Part shown: piece after piece, positions 44,884 through 51,714 of the stretch | Layout: each line of letters begins with the position of its first letter | Numbering within the stretch: the stretch's first letter is position 1 | Virus record (IMG/VR): IMGVR_UViG_3300021389_000035 | Location: 1 to 51,714 of that record | Length of the DNA: 51,714 bases | Source of the DNA: a virus | Direction: 5' to 3' (one strand) | Position numbers and translations under genes: made by a program | Notes under the pieces: model-generated | Seen by the model: the letters and a program-made list of their open reading frames with translations, nothing else | What the model was told of the DNA's origin: nothing | Database searches by the model: none

Positions 44884-46185
44884 ATGATAGGTTTTGACAC
44901 CTTTTTATCTGAGGCATCATTAACTTTCGGAGAAATTACTCGTGAGGATAGACCTGATCGAGTAGATATTTTTCTTCGCAAGTATAAAGGTAATGAACCA
45001 TTCGAATTGGTCGGTGGTGACCAAGTAGTCTTTAAGTATAATGCGGAGATTGAGAAAGCTGTTAAATCAGGAAACTCTAAACTCGCACAGTCAATTGGAC
45101 TCGAAACCCTAGATGGAACTAAACTCGCATTCGGTAAGTTATCTAAGACTGCCGAATTCGGGGGTGGTCGTGGTTCGGGTGGTGGTGCAGCCAACACTCG
45201 TGCAACTGAATCTGCACAATGTGTTTATCTGCAAGCAATCTGGGATAACCGGACAACTCAATTCGCTGCGGATGATATACGTAACGCATATCCCAAAACG
45301 CACACAGATGCGTCTCTAGAAGAAGTACTTCTGGGTGATGAAGGATGGATCTCCTCTTCCATTACTGCCGCAAAACTTCTACATAAAGCTCTAGGTAAAA
45401 AACAATACAGTTTCCATCGTGGATCTGGTTGGGTTGAGATATTAGAGAAGAAGTTTAAAGAGTTGAATCGCATCGAGAAAGCATTCGGTAATGTCAACAA
45501 ATGGTCTCCTGCGGACATCTACATGGTCGCAAAGGGTGCAGAGAACAAGTATGATATAGAAGGTGCAAAGTCTCTGGAATACCTGAACAACGAATTGATG
45601 AAGGCATACACTGCACGTGACATCATTGGTGTGTCGTTGAAAAAAGTGGTAGGTAACAAGGCCAGACTGTCTCAAGTTAACTATAAGAAACCATTCAAAG
45701 GTGCGAAGTTCACCAAGTCATCTTATGGTAAGAGAGATTTCTTCAAGTCTAAAGATGGTTACTTGTTTGGTGCCGGTGGTCTTGAGATGCAGTTCCGAAC
45801 CTTCCCCACATTCCAGTGTGAGATTATCGGTAAGGCTGCTAAACACGGTAAGGTATCTCATGGTGGTATTGATGCAGCTCTCTATGCCACAAATCGGGAT
45901 AAGACCGATAATCGTAAAGAACTTGAATCATTTATAAAGAAAGATCGGGATTCATTCCTAGATAAGTTCTATGGGTTCTATGATGGTGCAGTAAATAGTC
46001 CGGTAGACAAAGAAACCTTTAAAAAGAATCTGGAAGGTGTGACAACCGAATGGTTAGTCTCCAAGTACTATGTAACTTCTATTTTCGTAATGATAAAAGG
46101 TAGAGAACAACAATTCATGGATTATTTATTCCGTGTAGCAAAATCACAAAGTCCGTTATCTGCGGTTCACTTAAAGGTAAAATAA
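44884..46185 (+). CDS. hypothetical late protein with capsid-targeting-like N-terminus
   Basis: MIGFDTFLSEASLTF; late promoter upstream; no recognised catalytic motif. Confidence 0.7.
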   Translation: MIGFDTFLSEASLTFGEITREDRPDRVDIFLRKYKGNEPFELVGGDQVVFKYNAEIEKAVKSGNSKLAQSIGLETLDGTKLAFGKLSKTAEFGGGRGSGGGAANTRATESAQCVYLQAIWDNRTTQFAADDIRNAYPKTHTDASLEEVLLGDEGWISSSITAAKLLHKALGKKQYSFHRGSGWVEILEKKFKELNRIEKAFGNVNKWSPADIYMVAKGAENKYDIEGAKSLEYLNNELMKAYTARDIIGVSLKKVVGNKARLSQVNYKKPFKGAKFTKSSYGKRDFFKSKDGYLFGAGGLEMQFRTFPTFQCEIIGKAAKHGKVSHGGIDAALYATNRDKTDNRKELESFIKKDRDSFLDKFYGFYDGAVNSPVDKETFKKNLEGVTTEWLVSKYYVTSIFVMIKGREQQFMDYLFRVAKSQSPLSAVHLKVK

Positions 46186-46186
46186 A

Positions 46187-46906
46187 ATGGCAATATCACG
46201 ATATATGGAGGGAGACAACGGCATCAATATTGCTCGTGGTCTTGTTCTCGATACAACATACGAACATAAATTTGGTGCGGTACTTTCAATGTCAGTCTCT
46301 GAGACCGGAACTGTTTGGGATGTCGATGATGCCCTATACCCTTGGTCTGCATTTGATACTGCCGGAGTTTTGACTATCCCCGCAGTGAATGTTTCGGACA
46401 ATGGTGGAACGGTAACTGTGACTGGTTTAGATGCGAACTACGATGTGATAAGTGAAGAGTTCGTAGTATCCAGTTCAGGAACAACCACCGGCACCAAAAC
46501 ATTCAAACGTGTGGTTCGTGCATTCTTTACTGATGGTACATCTAACGTTGGTGATATAACTATTCAACGTGGTGGTACGACTATCGCATTGATCAGAGCA
46601 GGTCAGGCACAAACACTCATGGCGATATTTACTGTCCCTGAAGGACACACTGCATATATGTCTAAAATCAGTATGAGTATCGAGGCCGGTGGTGATGCGA
46701 GTGGTAACATGTATTCTAGAATTCCTGCCCAAACATCATTTCGTATTAAACATACCTTCGAGATCGGAGATGGTGGTCATTACCTATATGACTTCACGGT
46801 TCCATTGAAATTCGATGCAAGGACAGATATTGATGTTAGATGTAGTATGCGAACTAACAATTCTCGTGCTTCTGCTGCGTTCGACATGATTCTAATTAAG
46901 GATTAA
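46187..46906 (+). CDS. putative structural (beta-rich) protein
   Basis: Repeated beta-strand-like pattern, e.g. SDNGGTVTVTGLDANYDVISEEFVVSSSGTTTGTKTFKRV. Confidence 0.5.
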   Translation: MAISRYMEGDNGINIARGLVLDTTYEHKFGAVLSMSVSETGTVWDVDDALYPWSAFDTAGVLTIPAVNVSDNGGTVTVTGLDANYDVISEEFVVSSSGTTTGTKTFKRVVRAFFTDGTSNVGDITIQRGGTTIALIRAGQAQTLMAIFTVPEGHTAYMSKISMSIEAGGDASGNMYSRIPAQTSFRIKHTFEIGDGGHYLYDFTVPLKFDARTDIDVRCSMRTNNSRASAAFDMILIKD

Positions 46907-46907
46907 T

Positions 46908-48125
46908 ATGAAATTTGTAGATTTTATAACCGAATCCAAGAACACCCATATGACGCATATCGAAGATAAAGTCATCTATGGTGGTGTTAATGGTACACGT
47001 CAAGCAATATTTGCATTACGTGAATTGCGTGATATGCTTGCGGGTAAAGGTACTGCGGGACTGTCCACTAAGTGGGATGGTGCACCTGCTATCTTCTGCG
47101 GTCAAGATCCTACGGATGGTAAGTTCTTTGTGGCGAAGAAAGGTATCTTCAACAAGAACCCCAAGGTCTACAAAACCGATGCAGATGTTGAAGCAGATAC
47201 TTCTGGTGACCTCGCAGAGAAACTCAAAGATGCATTGAAGTATCTACCTGAACTTGGTATCAAAGGAGTCATCCAAGGGGACTTCCTATTTGGTCGAGGT
47301 GATCTGGGTAAGAAGAAAATTGATGGTGTGCAGTATACTACATTCCATCCCAATACTATCGTATATGCAATACCATTCGAACAGTCGAAGGAAGTACGTG
47401 CTGCAAAAATCGGTATAGTGTGGCACACTACATATAAGGGTAAAACATTTGAAACGATGACTGCATCCTTCGGAGTAGATGTTTCCAAACTTAAAAAATC
47501 TAAAAACGTATGGTCACAAGATGCAATGTTGCGATCTGTAGATGCAACAATGACCGAAAAAGAAACGGAGCAAGTAAATGAATATCTTTCAAAAGCTGGT
47601 AAACTTTTTAACCAGATCAGCGGAACAACCCTCAGAACCCTTGAAGGAAACCCCGTCCTCGCCGGAACAATCGAAACCTTCAACAACACCTACGTCCGAA
47701 AAGGTCAAACGCCCGGCGACTCGAAAAAGCACGCCCAAGCCCTCATCAAGTACATCCAAGACAAGTACCAAAAAGAAATCGACAAACGCAAAACCGAGAA
47801 AGGCAAGAGCGCCCAAGTCGAAAAGCGAGACGAAATCTTAAAGTTTTTCTCTCCGAAGAATCTAGAATCTCTAGAAAAGATGTTCGATTTGCAGAAAATG
47901 ATTGTACTTGCGAAACTAAAACTTATAAATAAACTTAATAGTTTAAAGAAAATTGACACATTCGTTCAAACCAAAACGGGTTACAAAGTAACTGGTGAAG
48001 AAGGTTATGTAGCAATTGACAAACTTGGTGGTGACGCAGTGAAACTTGTTGATCGTATGGAATTTTCATACAACAACTTTTCACCCGATATATTAAAGGG
48101 CTGGGACAAACCTAGTCGTAATTAA
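46908..48125 (+). CDS. covalent nucleotidyltransferase/ligase-like protein with capsid-targeting-like N-terminus
   Basis: KFVDFITESKN; KWDGAPAIF (KxDG), FFVAKKG, GVIQGDFLFG, TGEEGYVAIDKLGGDAVKLVDR. Confidence 0.55.
   Translation: MKFVDFITESKNTHMTHIEDKVIYGGVNGTRQAIFALRELRDMLAGKGTAGLSTKWDGAPAIFCGQDPTDGKFFVAKKGIFNKNPKVYKTDADVEADTSGDLAEKLKDALKYLPELGIKGVIQGDFLFGRGDLGKKKIDGVQYTTFHPNTIVYAIPFEQSKEVRAAKIGIVWHTTYKGKTFETMTASFGVDVSKLKKSKNVWSQDAMLRSVDATMTEKETEQVNEYLSKAGKLFNQISGTTLRTLEGNPVLAGTIETFNNTYVRKGQTPGDSKKHAQALIKYIQDKYQKEIDKRKTEKGKSAQVEKRDEILKFFSPKNLESLEKMFDLQKMIVLAKLKLINKLNSLKKIDTFVQTKTGYKVTGEEGYVAIDKLGGDAVKLVDRMEFSYNNFSPDILKGWDKPSRN
47578..47841 (+). CDS. candidate nested overlapping ORF (87 aa, S/T/P/K-rich, basic)
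   Basis: GGAG at 47567-47570 seven nt before ATG; host-gene wobble bias shifts over roughly the same span. Confidence 0.35.
   Translation: MNIFQKLVNFLTRSAEQPSEPLKETPSSPEQSKPSTTPTSEKVKRPATRKSTPKPSSSTSKTSTKKKSTNAKPRKARAPKSKSETKS
47924..47931 (+). promoter_or_regulatory. possible internal T4-type late promoter TATAAATA
   Basis: Exact octamer inside the 46908 CDS, about 220 bp upstream of the basic protein gene at 48150. Confidence 0.4.
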
Positions 48126-48149
48126 TGGGATAAACCAGAGGAAAACAAA

Positions 48150-48617
48150 GTGGCAAAGAAACCGCTTAGATTCAAAGATTTTACATCTGTAGATTACACT
48201 CAGTCGGGTGATGATCAACTTGCGCACAATGCTAAGAAACGCAAGAAAGATATACCTACCGGAAATACCGGAGAAGAAGTAGAGAACGAAGCACTAGACA
48301 TGACCCAACGTCTTGCACGTGGTCGCATGTTTAAAAAGAACAAGGCCAAGATTGCAATGGGTCGCAAACGTGCTCAACGTAAGATTGCCTCTATGGACAC
48401 TCTGAAGAAACGTGCACGAAAGGCTGCACGTAATATCCTACTCAAGAAACTTACCAAAGATACACCCAAAGGTGAACTCTCATTGTCACGTAGACAGGAC
48501 ATAGAGAAGAGACTCGAAAAGAAGAAACCGGTTATCGATAAGTTATCTCGTAAACTACTACCCCAAGTACGTAAAAAAGAAATGGAACGTAAGAAGGGTG
48601 GTAAAAGTGCCGATTAA
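48150..48617 (+). CDS. very basic (Lys/Arg-rich) late protein
   Basis: ...RLARGRMFKKNKAKIAMGRKRAQRKIASMDTLKKRARKAARNILLKKL..., nucleic-acid-binding-like composition. Confidence 0.7.
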   Translation: MAKKPLRFKDFTSVDYTQSGDDQLAHNAKKRKKDIPTGNTGEEVENEALDMTQRLARGRMFKKNKAKIAMGRKRAQRKIASMDTLKKRARKAARNILLKKLTKDTPKGELSLSRRQDIEKRLEKKKPVIDKLSRKLLPQVRKKEMERKKGGKSAD

Positions 48618-50364
48618 GAATTTTACTCAATACCTGATCGAAGAAGATCGTGAAGTTTATTTTACCTTTGGTAGAATGAATCCTCCTACTATTGGTCACG
48701 GTAAAGTGATGGATGTACTTGCCAAGAAGTCTGGTAAATCAGACTATAAAGTATATGTCTCACAATCACAGAATCCCAAGAAAGATCCCCTATCCTACAC
48801 AGATAAAGTGAAACATGTACGTAAGATGTTTCCTAAACATGCACGTCAAGTAATGTTAGATAAGGATGTCAAGTCCGTATTTGATATTGCAGTAAAACTA
48901 TACGATCAAGGTTATACTAAGATCAACATGGTTGTTGGTGCAGACCGTATACGTGAGTTCGATGTATTGTTGAATAAGTACAACGGTACAAAGGCACGTC
49001 ATGGTTTCTACAATTTCAAGAAAATCAACATTGTCTCTGCGGGTGAACGTGATCCTGATGCGACTGGTGTTGAAGGTATGTCTGCGTCTAAACAACGTGA
49101 GAATGCAGCAAAGAATGACTTCGTTACATTTGCACAAGGTGTACCGAAAGGAATGTCTGATAAAGATACACGGAAGTTGTTCAATGATGTTCGGAAAGGA
49201 ATGGGTCTCAAGGAAGAGCTTGAATTCAAGAATCACATTGAACTAGAAACTGTTTCTGAAACAAGAGAACAGTATGTTCAAGGTGAATTGTTTAAAGTAG
49301 GTGACACTGTTGTTATCAAAGAAAGCGATGAAATAGGAACTGTATCTGTATTGGGTGCTAACTATGTTATCGTGGAAACAGATAACGGTAAGTTGCGCAA
49401 ATGGTTAGATGCTGTAGAACTACTAGAGAAACAAGACTCAGATATCAAAGATCGTAAAGGTACACAACCTGCACGTTATCACTCGGGACTGAAGAAGTCC
49501 ACCAAAGTTGCACGTGATGCACACTTCAAGAAACACGGTAAGAAAGCAGACGATGATGACTCTGCATACAAACCCGCTCCAGGCGATGCAACAGCAAAGA
49601 CCAAACCTTCTAAGTACACCAAACAGTTCAAAGACATGTATGAAGAAGTATCTCAGAAAGAACTCAATGACCTTGAAAAGTTTGCTGACCGACTACTGAA
49701 CAAGTTTGATGTGGATATCGAATTTACTCGTCACTTCAAAGACCGTATGAATGACAAACGAAACAAACCTGCTATTAGTGTTGACGAGTTAGAACGTCTG
49801 TTCAAGAAGATGGCTGATAACAAGGGTAAGAAGATCAAGAAGTATGGTAACAAGGAAGCAATCCTGAAGGATATGCAGTCTGACCTGAACCTACCTGTAG
49901 TTATCAACTGGAAGAACGGCGAGTTCGAAGTTGTTAACAAAACAATTATGCGTAAGAAAGCATTCAAGTCACCTGATCCCGAACTGAAGTATGAGTCTGT
50001 CGAAGAAGATATGACTCCTCGTTGGATGAAGGATATGATCGGGTCTAAACTCAGTCCTAAAAAATACCAACATGCACTGGATGTTCTTAGTAAGATCATT
50101 GACCGTAAGAAGAAAGAAACCGGTGGTAACCTTAGACACGGTGTTGTTTATTATGCTGGTCAGGTTGCAAAACAGTATGACGGTGTTGATGCTAGGAATC
50201 TCGCTAAAGCATATGAGAAGAGTGTTAAAGAAGCGACTGATCCTGTAGATGCTGCCTCTCAGAAGATTGAACGTGAGAAAGAGACTGATAAGAAGAAACA
50301 CGACCGTATTCTAGACCGTGCAAGACTCGCTCGCGCAAGACAAAAGAATAGGCAAACTAAATGA
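48598..50364 (+). CDS. cytidylyltransferase-like nucleotidyltransferase with long C-terminal extension
   Basis: VYFTFGRMNPPTIGHGKVMDVLA (HxGH), VVGADR, VEGMSASKQRENA (ISxSxxR-like); N-terminal PIKNFTQYLIEED. Confidence 0.72.
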   Translation: MVKVPIKNFTQYLIEEDREVYFTFGRMNPPTIGHGKVMDVLAKKSGKSDYKVYVSQSQNPKKDPLSYTDKVKHVRKMFPKHARQVMLDKDVKSVFDIAVKLYDQGYTKINMVVGADRIREFDVLLNKYNGTKARHGFYNFKKINIVSAGERDPDATGVEGMSASKQRENAAKNDFVTFAQGVPKGMSDKDTRKLFNDVRKGMGLKEELEFKNHIELETVSETREQYVQGELFKVGDTVVIKESDEIGTVSVLGANYVIVETDNGKLRKWLDAVELLEKQDSDIKDRKGTQPARYHSGLKKSTKVARDAHFKKHGKKADDDDSAYKPAPGDATAKTKPSKYTKQFKDMYEEVSQKELNDLEKFADRLLNKFDVDIEFTRHFKDRMNDKRNKPAISVDELERLFKKMADNKGKKIKKYGNKEAILKDMQSDLNLPVVINWKNGEFEVVNKTIMRKKAFKSPDPELKYESVEEDMTPRWMKDMIGSKLSPKKYQHALDVLSKIIDRKKKETGGNLRHGVVYYAGQVAKQYDGVDARNLAKAYEKSVKEATDPVDAASQKIEREKETDKKKHDRILDRARLARARQKNRQTK

Positions 50365-50633
50365 TTAATTTTAAAAAATACCTTGCCGAAGGGCGGTATT
50401 CAGTGTATGATACACTTGACGTTAAAGAAGGATCGGATGGCATTGCAGCTAAGTCAAAGAAGTCTGGTATCTCGGTAGATACACTGAAGAAAGTATATAA
50501 CCGTGGTGTTGCTGCATGGAAGACGGGTCACCGTCCCGGCACTACCCCGCAACAATGGGGACACGCAAGAGTCAATGCGTTCATCGTCAAAAAGAAGAAA
50601 GGCAATTTAAACCACGATAAGGATCTTGCATAA
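50361..50633 (+). CDS. small late protein with capsid-targeting-like N-terminus
   Basis: MINFKKYLAEGRYSVYDT... VYNRGVAAWKTGHRPGTTPQQWGHARVNAFIVKKKKG. Confidence 0.65.
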   Translation: MINFKKYLAEGRYSVYDTLDVKEGSDGIAAKSKKSGISVDTLKKVYNRGVAAWKTGHRPGTTPQQWGHARVNAFIVKKKKGNLNHDKDLA

Positions 50634-50634
50634 T

Positions 50635-50952
50635 ATGAAAACATTTCAACAAATCAGAGAGAAACGCGAATTAGTCACTTTAGGTGGAACATCTAAAACA
50701 AGTGGTGAATACTATATGGGTGATGAGGGTATCAAGAAATTGGTTGACCTATCTAAAAAGAATCCCAATATCGAGTACACTGTTAAGTCAGATAACTACG
50801 GTGACTTCAAAGCACACTGGTTGAAGAACGGTAAGTTCGCAAAACAAACTGTTGCCAATATTAACTACGATATGGATAAACATAAAGTACGTGGTGTACC
50901 GAAAGGTAAGACTGTCAAGGACACTATATTTGTGGTGAGGTACACTAAGTGA
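50635..50952 (+). CDS. small late protein (track ORF starts 50626)
   Basis: MKTFQQIREKRELVTLGGTSKTSGEYYMGDEG... Confidence 0.65.
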   Translation: MKTFQQIREKRELVTLGGTSKTSGEYYMGDEGIKKLVDLSKKNPNIEYTVKSDNYGDFKAHWLKNGKFAKQTVANINYDMDKHKVRGVPKGKTVKDTIFVVRYTK

Positions 50953-51714
50953 AGTCGTTTAAAGAATTGAGAGAGAAGACTCTCACTGCCGCAGAGAAAA
51001 AGAAACGGGAAGAGATTGCAAAGGCAATTGAGAAAGATGAACCTGATATGCCAATGGACAAGAAGATGGCAATCGCAACTGCGCAAGCAAAGAAAGTTGC
51101 GGAAGGTGCTGAGAAGTACACCGTCAAGAAAGGTAACATGACCCGTAAGGTCGATGGTGCGACTGCCGACAAGATGAAACGACAAGGTTGGAAGTTGATT
51201 GCGACCGAAGGACTTGATGAAGGTGCGATGTCTGACTTCCATCTGATGGTTCAAGAGAAGGTACCTGCTGCGCAGATTGCTAAGGAACTTGGACTTGACC
51301 TCAAGACCGTGAAGAAACTGATGAAAGATATGAAAGAGTCGGTTGAACTTGAAGAGAAGATGAAAGATAAACCATACGAAAAACAAATTGGTATGGGTGA
51401 TTCTCGTAGCGAAAAAGAAATTCGTGATCAGATTAGTGGTTTGAGCGATGGCACATTAAAGAAATGGGCAAGTAAACCAGCAGGACGTTTTGGTTCTAAG
51501 ATTGCTAAATTACAAGATAAAGTGGTCGCTGCCGAGATGAAAAAGCGTGGTCTTAAAGAATCTGTCGAAGAAGCACGTAAAGACTCGTCTGCCGATTTAT
51601 ACTTCAACACATACTCTGCCGCAGTACAACACGCAAAAGCACAAGCAGAGAAGAAAGGTTTTGAGGTAGTAGAAGACGATTGGTTCAACCAAGTAACTAC
51701 GGGTAAAGGTAAAC
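50949..51714 (+). CDS. late protein, 3'-truncated by window (GTG start)
   Basis: + frame open to window end: (V)KSFKELREKTLTAAEKKKREEIAKAIEKDEPDMPMDKKMAIATAQAKKVAEG...; not in the supplied ORF track. Confidence 0.65.
   Translation, partial: MKSFKELREKTLTAAEKKKREEIAKAIEKDEPDMPMDKKMAIATAQAKKVAEGAEKYTVKKGNMTRKVDGATADKMKRQGWKLIATEGLDEGAMSDFHLMVQEKVPAAQIAKELGLDLKTVKKLMKDMKESVELEEKMKDKPYEKQIGMGDSRSEKEIRDQISGLSDGTLKKWASKPAGRFGSKIAKLQDKVVAAEMKKRGLKESVEEARKDSSADLYFNTYSAAVQHAKAQAEKKGFEVVEDDWFNQVTTGKGK

Noticed and set aside
47168-47689. 173-aa minus-strand ORF in the ligase-like gene
   Set aside because: Antisense to a strong coding frame, no ribosome binding site or motif; unlike 47578..47841 it has no matching wobble signal.
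54-51688. Numerous minus-strand ORFs of 60-266 aa in the track (e.g. 3386..4186, 13910..14422, 47168..47689, 50865..51386)
   Set aside because: All lie antisense to convincing + strand genes. They look like Ser/Cys/Arg-rich mirror ORFs from codon bias, with no recognised motifs.

Overview
The window is a ~51.7 kb segment of a T4-like (marine-type) myovirus genome. Essentially all coding is on the + strand. The left half is a T4-type replication, recombination and late-transcription core: uvsY (5'-truncated), uvsW, gp55, gp47/gp46, gp45, gp44, gp62, regA, DNA polymerase gp43, uvsX, gp41 and thyX. It is interleaved with tRNA-Arg(TCT), tRNA-Gly(TCC) and accessory metabolic genes: peroxiredoxin, MazG-like, dCMP deaminase, sulfotransferase-like, cupin-like, three glycosyltransferase-like genes, NAD-sugar epimerase, UDP-sugar dehydrogenase and a 2OG-Fe oxygenase-like gene. 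It also holds a DUF4338/DruA-like gene, a DUF262-like+HNH gene and an AEP primase-like gene. The middle holds a cassette of signal-peptide proteins (29.5-32.8 kb) and then many small early-type genes. These are driven by a repeated, highly conserved sigma70-type promoter plus leader module. Two of the small genes carry a striking G-x-V-x repeat. The right end (44.8 kb onward, behind a T4-type TATAAATA late promoter) encodes successive proteins whose N-termini resemble T4 capsid-targeting/prohead-cleavage peptides. They include a ligase/nucleotidyltransferase-like enzyme, a HxGH nucleotidyltransferase and a very basic protein. The best candidates for something undescribed are: (1) this putative head-packaged enzyme cluster, (2) a nested overlapping ORF at 47578-47841 with a coincident codon-bias shift, (3) the secreted cassette at 29.5-32.8 kb, and (4) the GxVx repeat gene pair. 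Assignments rest on reading motifs; no database search was run.
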